Position numbers and translations under genes: made by a program. From Bdellovibrionales bacterium (GTDB lineage: Bacteria > Bdellovibrionota > Bdellovibrionia > Bdellovibrionales > UBA1609), in contig JANQSP010000055.1 of assembly GCA_028283955.1 (NCBI GenBank), forward strand, positions 1-60,207: a stretch of DNA of 60,207 nt, in the 5' to 3' direction. The notes under the pieces are model-generated. The model saw only the letters and a program-made list of their open reading frames with translations, was not told the origin of the DNA and made no database searches. Position 1 is the first letter of the stretch; each line of letters begins with the position of its first letter. Shown one piece after another: positions 19,583 through 30,075 of the stretch.

Positions 19583-20557
19583 TTAATCAAGAGTACGCTC
19601 TTTGATTCTTTGATAGATGACAGGCCAGTTTTTACGTTCGGATACATACCACTTGATGCTCTTATCTCTTTTAAACCAGGATATTTGTTTTTTTGCCAGT
19701 TGCATTGTTCTATTGGTTATATGCATTTTCATTTCTTCTTTGGTGATTTTATGCTGCAAATACAAGACGGCTTCTTTATACCCCACACTTTTCATAATAG
19801 GCCAATCTGCCAATCCTTTTTTTAAAAGACCCTGTACTTCTTCCAATAGCCCGCCTTCAATCATTTTGTCCGTCCTGAATTGAACATTTTTTAATAAAAC
19901 CTCCCGCGGAAGATGTAACCCTATTTTCAAATAGGGCCAGGGCAGCCTTTGCGCCTGAAAAGAGGAGCGAATAAGAGAAACCGGTTTTTCCTCAGAAAGA
20001 ACAAGGCAAGTCCCTCTAAAAATTCTATATTTGTCCTGGGGTGATATTTGTTTTGCGTATTTCGGATCCAAAAACTGAAGCATCTTATACAGATGAGCTA
20101 ATCCCTTCTCCTTATACATTTTTCTCACTTCCGTTTTTATCTCCGGCTTGATCGGTTTAACAGAATACATCCCCTTTTCCAGAGCCTGAATATAAAAACC
20201 ACTTCCTCCCACAGCCAGCACAGAACGTTGAGCCAATTCCCGCTCCAAAATAGCCAGAGCTTTTTTTCTGAATTCTCCGGCTGTACAGGTAAAAGGAGGC
20301 TCCCACTCATCAAAAAGAAAACAGGTATGTTTTTTGTTTTCCTCTACCGGTTTGGCTGAACCTACATCCAAACCTTTATACATCTGGATACTGTCACAAT
20401 TTAAAATAGAAGCGGAAAGTTTCTCAGCCAGATAAAAAGAAAGATCAGTCTTACCCACGGCCGTGGGTCCCAATAAAAAAATGACAGAATAACCCGAAGA
20501 ATCCCGCTTTGGAACCCCCACCAACGGCTCTTGTCCCAAGCTCTCTTTTTTATTCAT
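19583..20557 (-). CDS. miaA: tRNA dimethylallyltransferase
   Basis: GPTAVGKT, DSIQMYKGLDVGSAKP, VGGSGFY and AKKQISWF. Confidence 0.96.
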   Translation of the reverse strand: MNKKESLGQEPLVGVPKRDSSGYSVIFLLGPTAVGKTDLSFYLAEKLSASILNCDSIQMYKGLDVGSAKPVEENKKHTCFLFDEWEPPFTCTAGEFRKKALAILERELAQRSVLAVGGSGFYIQALEKGMYSVKPIKPEIKTEVRKMYKEKGLAHLYKMLQFLDPKYAKQISPQDKYRIFRGTCLVLSEEKPVSLIRSSFQAQRLPWPYLKIGLHLPREVLLKNVQFRTDKMIEGGLLEEVQGLLKKGLADWPIMKSVGYKEAVLYLQHKITKEEMKMHITNRTMQLAKKQISWFKRDKSIKWYVSERKNWPVIYQRIKERTLD

Positions 20558-20572
20558 AACCCACTCAAAAAA

Positions 20573-22438
20573 TTAAACCCGCCGGCCGAAATCTTTTTCC
20601 AGACGGGAAAGGGGATATTCCACAAAAACAGGGCGGCCATGCGGGCAAAAACTGGAAAGTGGAAATTCATCCATTTGAATCAACAGTTCCTTCATTTCAT
20701 CTTTACTTAAAGCCTGTCCGGCCCGAATAGCGGAGTGACAGGCCATAGTGGCACATAAATCAGATACCTTGTTCTCAATGGCAAAACTGCCGCCCAATGA
20801 TTTCATTTCATCAGCCATTTGCACCAGGGCTTTTTGTAAAGCCACATCCTTTAAAATAGCCGGCGCAGAATGAATGACCAGCCCGTCCGGTCCGGAAAGC
20901 TCCACCTCAACTCCTATTTTCAAAAGCTCTTTTTGAACAGATAACAAGGGTTTCACCAAAGACTCATCCAGGTCCAAAACCAGAGGTATAAGACGGTTTT
21001 GCACTTCTCCCTTTCCTGTATTCCAGGATAGCATTAACCTTTCGTAAAGCACTCTTTCATGAGCGGCATGCTGATCAATAAACACAATCGCCTCACGAGT
21101 CTGAGCCAGAATGTAAGTTAAATGCGCCTGTGACAAAACATATAGAGACGACCAATAGCCCTGCTTTCCTTCCGGTTCTTTCTCTTCTTGGACTTCCCGG
21201 GAAAGTGAATCCTTAACAAGAGCAGGTTTCATGTCCATATTCTGTATAGTGGAAGCTAAAGACGAAGAAGTTTCATAAAAGTCCTGCGTTTTGTCAGAAG
21301 AAGGTGAAGCAGAGTAATCTTTTTGAAAACGGGACTTATCGGAATGACCATAAAAACCAGAGTCTTTCTTGTGAAAATGAGTTTTATCAAATCCAACATT
21401 TGGAAATTTCAGTTCTGTTTCCTGACTCTGCTGCATTGACCTTTTGTTATTAATCCAGGGGGCTTTTTCCAATACAGCACGAAGGCTATGATGAACGGCT
21501 TTAAATACGGGAGAGGAGTTTTTAAACCGCACTTTGGACTTTGACGGATGTACATTTACGTCCAAATCCTCCTGTCTGCAGGAAAGATGTAACACCACCA
21601 GGGGATATTCCCCATGCATCAATAATCCCCGATAAGCAGACATTACGGCTGAATGAATTGTGCTGTCCTCCACCCATCGCCCACTTATAAAAAACCACAT
21701 CTGACGACGGTGAGCGGCTGTTTCATTAGGCGCACACATTACAGCTTCCACCATTATATCGTTATATTTTGTTTTGGTATAAAAGGTGTTTTTAAAAGAT
21801 AACACTTCCTCTGCTCTTTTTTGCAAATTTTCCGCCGCCGGCCAATAAAACAATAACTTACCTTTATGCAGTACTCTAAACTCCACTTGAGGATGAGAAA
21901 GGGCCATAGCCTTAATAGTGTTTTTAATTAAATTAGTTTCCGAAGCTTCTGATTTTAAAAATTTTAATCGGGCTGGAGTATTTTGAAACAGATTTTTTAC
22001 TATAACAGTAGTGCCTTTTTCTGATGCTATACGCTCCACGGGCCTTTTTTTTCCAAACTCACTTCTTAAATGGGCAGCTTGATCCTGATTTTCCGTTTTT
22101 GACACCAAAGTAAAATCACTTACTTCAGAAATACTGGCCAGCGCCTCTCCACGAAACCCATAGCTGTTAATGGTCCAAATATCTTTTAAAGAGGATATCT
22201 TACTGGTGCTATGCGGGGATAAGGCCAGGTTTAGTTCAGAGTCTCTAATACCACACCCATTATCCTTCACCTGAACAAATCGACCACCTTCAGAAAAATG
22301 AATTTCAATTTTAGAAGCCCCGGCATCCATGCTGTTTTCAACAAGTTCCTTCACCATACTGGCAGGACGCTCAACCACTTCTCCCGCAGCTATTTGATTA
22401 ACCACCTCCTGTGGAAGCTGATGAATAGATTTTAACAT
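20573..22438 (-). CDS. mutL: DNA mismatch repair protein MutL (endonuclease type)
   Basis: IAAGEVVERP, GFRGEALASI, DQHAAHER, ACH and CPHGRP. Confidence 0.97.
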   Translation of the reverse strand: MLKSIHQLPQEVVNQIAAGEVVERPASMVKELVENSMDAGASKIEIHFSEGGRFVQVKDNGCGIRDSELNLALSPHSTSKISSLKDIWTINSYGFRGEALASISEVSDFTLVSKTENQDQAAHLRSEFGKKRPVERIASEKGTTVIVKNLFQNTPARLKFLKSEASETNLIKNTIKAMALSHPQVEFRVLHKGKLLFYWPAAENLQKRAEEVLSFKNTFYTKTKYNDIMVEAVMCAPNETAAHRRQMWFFISGRWVEDSTIHSAVMSAYRGLLMHGEYPLVVLHLSCRQEDLDVNVHPSKSKVRFKNSSPVFKAVHHSLRAVLEKAPWINNKRSMQQSQETELKFPNVGFDKTHFHKKDSGFYGHSDKSRFQKDYSASPSSDKTQDFYETSSSLASTIQNMDMKPALVKDSLSREVQEEKEPEGKQGYWSSLYVLSQAHLTYILAQTREAIVFIDQHAAHERVLYERLMLSWNTGKGEVQNRLIPLVLDLDESLVKPLLSVQKELLKIGVEVELSGPDGLVIHSAPAILKDVALQKALVQMADEMKSLGGSFAIENKVSDLCATMACHSAIRAGQALSKDEMKELLIQMDEFPLSSFCPHGRPVFVEYPLSRLEKDFGRRV

Positions 22439-22471
22439 TACTTACTCCCCCAACTCGTCTCAAATAAAAAA

Positions 22472-23389
22472 TTAAAAAGCAACTAACAAACCTCCAACCA
22501 AAACAGGAACCACTCCCTGCTCCGACAGGTCATAATACCCTTTCCCTTCCATTAAAAAAGAAAACCTGTCACTCATTTTCAAAGTTAAGGATGCGGACCC
22601 TGCCACACCCGCGCCCACTTCGGAAAGCGCCGGATCTGAAGGGGCAAGAGCACCTTTCAATTTAGCCATCACACCCGCACCTAACTGAAAAGAAAAGAAA
22701 GGAGCTTCAAATAAAGGCATCTTGAATAAAAAATCTCCCATAAGAACATAACCGTTTTTCAAAGTATCCCCTCCGATAACAGGTGGAGAAAAGGAAAACA
22801 TTAAATTTATATCAGTAATCACATTACTTATGGGAATACCCGCCCCACTGAGTTTTAAACCAAAAAACCAGGATGGAAAAAATGAAGATTTGGACTTATA
22901 AGTAAGCCAGGAATAGGATGCAGTCATACCAATAAATCTCATTTTTGAAAGAGGTGTATCACTAAAATCCAACCCTGCATCCGGTTCAGCATTAAATTGA
23001 AAATCTTTAACGTATTTTAGCTTTTTCTTCACCTGATCAAATGAGGGATTAATTTTAAACTGAGCACCCGATCTAACATAACGAGGCACTACATCTATTT
23101 CAGAAATATAGGCTTTTATTTTTTTTGGTTTACTAATATAAATACGATAAAAAGTGCCAAAACGGGTCTCAGGTCGATAAATTTTTTTGGAAATAGTGAC
23201 CATTGTTCCGGCCGGTATACTAGTTATCTGAATGGAATCAAAATTTGGTCTGGTATAAACAAAAGCATTTTTTTGAATGACATAAGCCTTTTGAAGATAA
23301 GAAGGAAGAACTTTTGATTTTTTTTCTTTTGCAGATCCTGAAAAAGAAAATATAAAAAACACAAAAAATACAGTCGAAAATAATTTCAT
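22472..23389 (-). CDS. Exported protein with SH3b-like N-terminal domain and C-terminal outer-membrane beta-barrel
   Basis: Signal peptide, AFVYTRPNFDS..I..IPAG (SH3b-like), alternating beta strands and a terminal Phe. Confidence 0.55.
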   Translation of the reverse strand: MKLFSTVFFVFFIFSFSGSAKEKKSKVLPSYLQKAYVIQKNAFVYTRPNFDSIQITSIPAGTMVTISKKIYRPETRFGTFYRIYISKPKKIKAYISEIDVVPRYVRSGAQFKINPSFDQVKKKLKYVKDFQFNAEPDAGLDFSDTPLSKMRFIGMTASYSWLTYKSKSSFFPSWFFGLKLSGAGIPISNVITDINLMFSFSPPVIGGDTLKNGYVLMGDFLFKMPLFEAPFFSFQLGAGVMAKLKGALAPSDPALSEVGAGVAGSASLTLKMSDRFSFLMEGKGYYDLSEQGVVPVLVGGLLVAF

Positions 23390-23396
23390 TTTATAT

Positions 23397-23855
23397 TTAC
23401 ACACCTGTTGAACCAAATCCCTTTACTCCCCTCTCTGTAGCATTCAGATTATCCGCCCACTTCAATTGAGCTTGAAATACGGGACACAAAACCACTTGTG
23501 CCACTCTCTGTTGATCCTCAATGATTACGTCTTTATCTGAAAGATTAATAACTATAATTTTTAACTCTCCTCTATAATCAGAGTCAATGGTTCCGGGCGA
23601 ATTAGGTACGGATAAGCCTTTTTTTAAACTTAAGCCGCTACGAGGGCGCACTTGCAGTTCAAAGCCAGGTGGAATCTCAAAAATCAAGCCAGTGGGGATA
23701 GCATCCCTTTGTAAAGGACTCAATGTGACCGGCAACTCCAGTTGAGCCCGAATGTCAAAACCACTGGCCCACACACTTTGGTATGCAGGCAGCTCTCCCT
23801 TAAAATGAGACAGTTTTTTTACTTTTAAGGCAATTTTATTTTTATTATCCAGCAT
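23397..23855 (-). CDS. dut: dUTP diphosphatase
   Basis: SGFDI, QVRPRSGL, NSPGTIDSDYRGE and RGVKGFGSTG. Confidence 0.97.
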   Translation of the reverse strand: MLDNKNKIALKVKKLSHFKGELPAYQSVWASGFDIRAQLELPVTLSPLQRDAIPTGLIFEIPPGFELQVRPRSGLSLKKGLSVPNSPGTIDSDYRGELKIIVINLSDKDVIIEDQQRVAQVVLCPVFQAQLKWADNLNATERGVKGFGSTGV

Positions 23856-24005
23856 CGACACATTAAAGCACATTTATATTTAATGCTTAAGGGTAAAACA
23901 GTAATGACACAACTTCCTAAACATTCTTTTTATCTTTTATACTGAATATTTAGAACACAAAAACAAAGTCAAAAATAATTGCCTCCTCTTACATAAATGA
24001 GTTGT

Positions 24006-25289
24006 TTACTCTTTTTGCATTGTAGAGCCTGTTATTTCCAAAATTTCTTTAGCCGCCGGAAAATAATTATTTTCCCTTGCCGCCTTTCCATGCCAAAACA
24101 AAGCTCTCTCTTTATAAAGTGCTTTCTTCTCATCTGTATCACTTTCCTCATATTTCTTACGATAGAACTTTCCCAAGTCAAACTGAGCTAAAACATGCCC
24201 TTTGGAAGCAGCCATTACAAGATGGGATTCCGATTTGCTTAACGCATTTTCTTCATCACTTAATACTGTTTGTAGTAGCATGCCTGTAACGTAATTCGCA
24301 GGGACATTGCCTTTTTCAGCGGCTATCCGAATATTTTGAATACCTTCCTTAATATCACGTTGATTTCTTCTTTCTATCAAAGACAAGCCAAAATTAAGCA
24401 GGGCTTCAATATGCCCGGACTCAGACGCCAAATACCACCATAAGAATTTATTTAACTGTATGTCTCGTCCCAGCTCTTCCACATAGTACGCTAAATAAGG
24501 ACCCAAACCCCTATTGAGTAAGTTACCCAATATAAATTGGGCGTGTGGGTCTGACTGATTAGCCTTGGTAAATAAACTGTTTACAGCAGTAAACTGACAT
24601 GACTCTTCCTCTTTACAAACTTTTCCTGTTGCAATCAATTCATTAACCTTTGAAACAGGAGTAATCAAGCCAACATTATAAGAAGAAATAAACACAACAC
24701 CCGTTACCAGATCCTCTTCCTCTCTTAAAACAGGAGCCCCACTCATCCCATCAATCTCATAAAAATTTAACATGCCCGTATTAAAATAATCTCCTTTCTC
24801 AATCATCGCTCCTTTTAAGCGGGTAAGGTCAGGATAATCAGCCACATATCCGAAAGTGCGAATTTTCTCCTCTTCCTGAAAAAAGTCAGCTTCATCAAGT
24901 GTTAAAGAATATTCTGAAGAAAAATCATCCAGTTCCAAAACAGCTAAATCATTATACGGATCCAAATAAACAATATTACTCACAGCCACCTGTTGTTGAT
25001 TGAATGTAGAGATAAATAAAGTCTCATTAACAGGTTCACGAAAACAACAAACAGCATGAAAGTTGGTGACCAATCTATTGGAATTAATAAAAAAAGCGGT
25101 CCCGGTGGCGGAAGTGTGTTTATTAAAAATACTTGCTACGGAATAAGCAAGATGAGCTTCCTCTTTTTGATATTTATAAATCTCCTTACTCAAAACAGAA
25201 TGCAACTCACCTGACTCAACAGAAGAATAGGCAAAAAAGGCATGCGTAAATAATAAAAAAAAACTAAACGACAAAAAAATATTTTTCAT
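24006..25289 (-). CDS. Secreted trypsin-like serine protease fused to Sel1-like repeats
   Basis: Signal peptide and catalytic triad motifs TNFHAV, DLAVL and GMSGAP. Sel1 repeats: AQFILG, AAEKGNVPA, AASKGHVLAQFDLG. Confidence 0.85.
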   Translation of the reverse strand: MKNIFLSFSFFLLFTHAFFAYSSVESGELHSVLSKEIYKYQKEEAHLAYSVASIFNKHTSATGTAFFINSNRLVTNFHAVCCFREPVNETLFISTFNQQQVAVSNIVYLDPYNDLAVLELDDFSSEYSLTLDEADFFQEEEKIRTFGYVADYPDLTRLKGAMIEKGDYFNTGMLNFYEIDGMSGAPVLREEEDLVTGVVFISSYNVGLITPVSKVNELIATGKVCKEEESCQFTAVNSLFTKANQSDPHAQFILGNLLNRGLGPYLAYYVEELGRDIQLNKFLWWYLASESGHIEALLNFGLSLIERRNQRDIKEGIQNIRIAAEKGNVPANYVTGMLLQTVLSDEENALSKSESHLVMAASKGHVLAQFDLGKFYRKKYEESDTDEKKALYKERALFWHGKAARENNYFPAAKEILEITGSTMQKE

Positions 25290-25397
25290 ATCTTAACCAT
25301 ATATAATTTATAAGTGAGAATATAATACAAGAGACTGCATAAAGACAGTGTGCAGATTCAAAGTGTAAAACTTATAGTACTTTTCTGCCTTCCTGTC

Positions 25398-25988
25398 TTA
25401 ATTACTTTTAATCATTCCCTTTTCTTTTGGTGAGAAATTTTGAGGGAACTTCGTTTTTTCATTATAAATGGCATCTGTGAGATCAGTGGTGGTTAAATCT
25501 GTATCTAAATTTGCCCCAATAACCAGTGTTTCTTTCATATTTGTATTAGTTAGTATTGCTCCTTGTAGATTTGCGTAAGCCAGGTTGGCACCACTGAGGT
25601 CTGAGTTAGTGAGATCTTTTTTACTCCAATTTAATCCGATTAATTCTGCACAAATAAAAAATGTAGATACTAATTTCACATCTTTAAAATCATTACATCC
25701 TTTGGAATACTTTGAAGGTATATTATCCCAAGCCCAGTCCGTTGCATCTACTCCAGATGCTTTTACACAACTCAATTTACATTTTGTTCCTGAACTATAA
25801 ATGTATTTTTCATAATTATTTATGTTACAACCCTCTTTTTCAGGACAGGTTACAGTCATGGCTACTACAGGTTGTGTAGGTAATTGTTGGTTTGGTTTAG
25901 GAGATTGAGTGTTTGGGGAAGTGCAGCCGGATAGGCAAAAAATGACAGATACAAGAGTCCATTTTATATTAATTTTTGATATCTTCAT
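25398..25988 (-). CDS. Pentapeptide-repeat lipoprotein
   Basis: Lipobox LSGC and repeats SDLSG-ANLAY-ANLQG-AILTN-TNMKE, ending AIYNEKTKFP. Confidence 0.85.
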   Translation of the reverse strand: MKISKINIKWTLVSVIFCLSGCTSPNTQSPKPNQQLPTQPVVAMTVTCPEKEGCNINNYEKYIYSSGTKCKLSCVKASGVDATDWAWDNIPSKYSKGCNDFKDVKLVSTFFICAELIGLNWSKKDLTNSDLSGANLAYANLQGAILTNTNMKETLVIGANLDTDLTTTDLTDAIYNEKTKFPQNFSPKEKGMIKSN

Positions 25989-26111
25989 AAGCTATGATTT
26001 TTTATATTTATTAATATAGTAAATGTTGTGTTGCCGTTAAACAAGTATTTATTAAATGGAATCAATCTAGAGAAAAAATGAGAATATTTTTACTTGGGTG
26101 ACATAGAGAGC

Positions 26112-26510
26112 TTAGTCTTCTTCTCTATTCCAATGAATTTCATAATCACCATAATCCACAAAGTTAGCGGATTCTTCCTCATAATCGGTTGACTCTTCGT
26201 CAGAGGCCAAGCCTCTATGTTTTGATAACTCCCCGTTTAAAGATGTATTCATTGCTGATTCTTCCTTTGATAAATCTTTAACAGCGTCAGTTAGAGAAGA
26301 TAGGTCTCTTTTAATTATCACTTTGTGCTTTTTATATACTTTTTCTATACGCGGCCCCGCCAAATCAAAATCACCACCCTCTATGTCGTCCGTTTCCACA
26401 ATCTCACCTTCATCAGTATCTCCTTTAATAAAAAGATCGTTACTGATTTCAATACTGAAAGTGTAGAATGAAAAAATAGAAAAAATAAAAAAACAGATTA
26501 AATTTTTCAT
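26112..26510 (-). CDS. Small secreted acidic hypothetical protein
   Basis: 132 aa with a signal peptide, D/E-rich body and RGLAS motif. Confidence 0.6.
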   Translation of the reverse strand: MKNLICFFIFSIFSFYTFSIEISNDLFIKGDTDEGEIVETDDIEGGDFDLAGPRIEKVYKKHKVIIKRDLSSLTDAVKDLSKEESAMNTSLNGELSKHRGLASDEESTDYEEESANFVDYGDYEIHWNREED

Positions 26511-26736
26511 AAGCCAAACTAAATTAAAAAAACCTAACCTCTGAGCCTCTACCCAACAGAGGAGCTTTACTTTGTATTAAAAGTATATCACTTATCAAGT
26601 AAAAAATGCGTTTTCTCTCGAAAAAAGAGCTTTGGTTCGGAAAAAACAGTTCACATTAGATAAAAGTACAATTACTGGACTTTGAACTGTCAAAAAAATA
26701 AACGATTAACAATATAGTAAACAGAAAAACTGTAAG

Positions 26737-28206
26737 TTAATGAGAAATATCCAAACCATTCGTTTGAATGTATCTATGATACTTTTCATCCACTGTCTCA
26801 TCATCACCCAATTGAGTCAAAGCGGGTCGGGCATACATATCCAAACGATCCTCCGGTATGGGTTGATTGATAAAAGCTTTACGACGATACAGTTGATCCG
26901 AGTCCAGTTCCTCCTGATGTATAGAGAGAAACGATAAAAAATCTGAAGTAGGGTTCGTTAGAAGTTCCACCAAAGCTATAAATGCACTATCCCGCACTTT
27001 TGTATCCTGTTCATCCCGAATTCTTTGTTCGTAAGTGACAAAGTCAGATTCAGGAATTCGTTTATTATCCCGGACAATTTCATAAAGTGCCTGGGCCGCT
27101 GAGCTAAAATAAATACTCAAGTCCTGTAAAGCCTCAACAGCTCTTATACGAAAGTAGAGGTTCATATCATACTTCATAGCCATTTTTTTTAATTCAGAAA
27201 TAACACTCTCATTTTGAGTCCTAAAACCCACACGCACCAAAGACCAAAGTATAGACTGAATCATAGTCTGACGAAAATCCAACAATTCTATCGACATTCC
27301 CTCTGAATTTTGTTGAACAAAACCGGAGAAAAAAGAAATTATTTTATTATCACAAACCCCCTTTACATCAGCCAAGATCCATATAATAGCATCTCTAACA
27401 TGCCAATCCCTATTGTCAGAAAAAAACAACTGAAGATGATTTAAGACCGCATCAGAACATATACGTTTATAATCAGGATCATGCGACAAAATAATTTTTT
27501 CTTTTAAAGCCCATTCCAACTGAGGTTCAACAGTCAAAGCAGTCATCGCACTTTCAAAATTACCATTTTGATTACACACCTTGAAAAAAAGATCCAATAT
27601 TTCCTCTCTCTCACGAATATCCTGCTCATTATCCTTAACTATATCTATAGTGGCTAAAACAACAGATTGTGTACATACATCCTGATCCAGATATTTTCTA
27701 AGAAGAAACAACCGAAATGTCACAGACACACTACCACTGACTAAAGACTCCTCCATACCAAATTCAGTTATAATGTCTGTAGATAACTGATCCAGAATTA
27801 AAGGGTTTAAAAATTTATTATACTCCGGTTGATTACTGATCACGCCAAATAAGATAGCCCCATAATTATAGTTACTCATATCATTGGCTCTCTTCATTTC
27901 AAGAAGAAATTGAAGCATCTGCATTTTAAACTGCGGGCTTTTCTGGCTATTCAACAAATTAACAATCCCTGTAACAAGATCCTGTTCACGTACTAACTGA
28001 TTAAAAATGTCTCTCTTCTCAGAATAAGCTTTTGTATTTGTAAATTGATTTATTAAAGAATCTCTATCGACCGGCTGGCCATTTCCACCCACAGCTGAAA
28101 TAGTGGTTCTATATGGTGTTACTCCTCCGGCATCATTATCCGCAGCATAAGCAGCACAACAGGTAAGAACAATAAATATAATAACCGGTTTCACAAAGCA
28201 AAACAT
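26737..28206 (-). CDS. Secreted helical (HEAT/ARM-like) hypothetical protein
   Basis: Signal peptide from MFCFVK (28206). HEAT-like segments WHVRDAIIWIL, FRIRAVEAL and VRDSAFIAL. Confidence 0.55.
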   Translation of the reverse strand: MFCFVKPVIIFIVLTCCAAYAADNDAGGVTPYRTTISAVGGNGQPVDRDSLINQFTNTKAYSEKRDIFNQLVREQDLVTGIVNLLNSQKSPQFKMQMLQFLLEMKRANDMSNYNYGAILFGVISNQPEYNKFLNPLILDQLSTDIITEFGMEESLVSGSVSVTFRLFLLRKYLDQDVCTQSVVLATIDIVKDNEQDIREREEILDLFFKVCNQNGNFESAMTALTVEPQLEWALKEKIILSHDPDYKRICSDAVLNHLQLFFSDNRDWHVRDAIIWILADVKGVCDNKIISFFSGFVQQNSEGMSIELLDFRQTMIQSILWSLVRVGFRTQNESVISELKKMAMKYDMNLYFRIRAVEALQDLSIYFSSAAQALYEIVRDNKRIPESDFVTYEQRIRDEQDTKVRDSAFIALVELLTNPTSDFLSFLSIHQEELDSDQLYRRKAFINQPIPEDRLDMYARPALTQLGDDETVDEKYHRYIQTNGLDISH

Positions 28207-28345
28207 AGCAGTACAGTACCCTTTACTGTCAATTTTTAAATTAAAAATTAACATATTTATTATATTTTAGGATTATGTTAATAATAACCTGTGTTTTACA
28301 AGTGACTGTGCAATTATTACAATTCATATATAGTATTTTATAGCT

Positions 28346-28582
28346 ATGCATAAAATAGAAAATAAAACAAAAAATAATGTGCCTGGCCCCTATTATGTGG
28401 ACCAGGAATGTATTGCCTGTGATGCTTGTGTCCTGGTGGCTGAAAAACACTTTAAAATAGACGAAGAGGAAAGTCTGGCCTATGTCTGCCAACAACCCCA
28501 AAATCAGGAAGAGAGAGACCTCTGCCAGGAAGCTATGGAAGCCTGTCCTGTAGAAGCCATTCACAACGACGGAGATAAATAA
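28346..28582 (+). CDS. Ferredoxin (single 4Fe-4S cluster)
   Basis: YVDQECIACDAC...CPVEAI. Confidence 0.92.
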   Translation: MHKIENKTKNNVPGPYYVDQECIACDACVLVAEKHFKIDEEESLAYVCQQPQNQEERDLCQEAMEACPVEAIHNDGDK

Positions 28583-28583
28583 T

Positions 28584-30059
28584 ATGCCTCTACTTATTTA
28601 CAACAGCTTAAGTCAAAAAAAAGAAGTTTTTAATCCCATAAATCCACCTCAGGTTAAAATGTACTGCTGTGGTCCCACCGTATATGACTTTTTACATATT
28701 GGTAACTTTAGAGGGGCCGTCTTTTTCAACTTTCTGAGACAATGGCTGGAATACAATGGGTACCAGGTTACCTATGCTTACAACTTCACTGATGTGGATG
28801 ATAAAATTCTCAATCGCGCCAAAAAAGAAAACAAACAAATGAAAGAAATAGCGGATAAATATATAGCTGAATTTAAGAAAGACTTTCAGGCTCTTAAGTT
28901 AAAAGAACACGAACACAATCCCCAGGCCACCCGGTTTATACCAAACATGATTGAAGTCATTGATACTCTGTTAAAAAAAGGAAAGGCCTATAAAGTAGGT
29001 AAAGATGTTTTCTATTCTGTAAAAAGCTTTTCCGATTATGGAAAACTCAGCAAGAAAAAAGCAGATGAACTGATAAGTGGCGCACGGGTGGATGTGGATG
29101 AAAGAAAACAAGACCCAAGAGATTTTGCCCTGTGGAAGTCCTGCACGGAGGAGGAACCGGGTTGGGATGCCCCTTGGGGACGGGGACGACCCGGCTGGCA
29201 CATCGAATGCACCAGTATGATTTTTTCCCTGTTGGGAAACAATATTGATATTCACGGAGGGGGAACAGATCTTATTTTTCCCCATCACGAAAATGAACTG
29301 GCTCAAGCGGAAGGAGCCAGACAAGGCCCCTTTGTCAAATACTGGGTCCACAATAATATGTTCACCTTTGGCGGGGAAAAAATGGCCAAGTCCACAGGTA
29401 ATGTCAGTATCATGAGGTCCTTCCTGGAAGAATACAACGGAGAAATTTTTAAGTTCCTGGTGCTCTCTTCACATTATCGCTCCATGACAGAGGTATCAGA
29501 AAAAAAAATCCTCCAATGCATTCAAGCTCTCTCCAGAGTTTACACTTTCTTAAAAACCGCCGACTTCTTAGTTAGGGCAGTTTCAGAGGAGACAGCAACT
29601 GATAAAGAAAAAACCCTGCCGGAAGTGCAGTCAGCGGAAAAACAAATAGAAGACAGTCTAAATGATGATCTGAATACGCCCACCACCCTCTCTATAATAT
29701 TTACACTTATTCGCCAATTTAATGAAAAGAGAAGTCACTCTGAATCCCAAACAAAAGAAATCATTTTATACGCCAAAAATATTAAGAGTATAATTATAAA
29801 GTACGGAAAAATAATGAGCCTCTTTCAGGAACCCCCTGTCTCATTTTTGAAACAACTGGATGATATTTTCCTTGGAAAAAATAATATCAGTAAAGAAGAA
29901 GTCAATAAGCTGGTGGAAGACAGAACCCGGGCCCGAAAAAGCAAAGACTTTAAAAAAGCGGATGAAATAAGAAGGAAGCTTATGGATATGAATATAGAAG
30001 TTCAGGACTCTCCCACTGGTACAACATGGGGAACAAAAAAAACAGACTTTTTACCTTAA
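28584..30059 (+). CDS. cysS: Cysteine--tRNA ligase
   Basis: [40 protein letters not shown] and KMAKS. Confidence 0.97.
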   Translation: MPLLIYNSLSQKKEVFNPINPPQVKMYCCGPTVYDFLHIGNFRGAVFFNFLRQWLEYNGYQVTYAYNFTDVDDKILNRAKKENKQMKEIADKYIAEFKKDFQALKLKEHEHNPQATRFIPNMIEVIDTLLKKGKAYKVGKDVFYSVKSFSDYGKLSKKKADELISGARVDVDERKQDPRDFALWKSCTEEEPGWDAPWGRGRPGWHIECTSMIFSLLGNNIDIHGGGTDLIFPHHENELAQAEGARQGPFVKYWVHNNMFTFGGEKMAKSTGNVSIMRSFLEEYNGEIFKFLVLSSHYRSMTEVSEKKILQCIQALSRVYTFLKTADFLVRAVSEETATDKEKTLPEVQSAEKQIEDSLNDDLNTPTTLSIIFTLIRQFNEKRSHSESQTKEIILYAKNIKSIIIKYGKIMSLFQEPPVSFLKQLDDIFLGKNNISKEEVNKLVEDRTRARKSKDFKKADEIRRKLMDMNIEVQDSPTGTTWGTKKTDFLP

Positions 30060-30075
30060 CCTGAAAGACAACACA

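Noticed and set aside
28241-28564. 107-aa minus-strand ORF
   Set aside because: It is the antisense of the ferredoxin gene.
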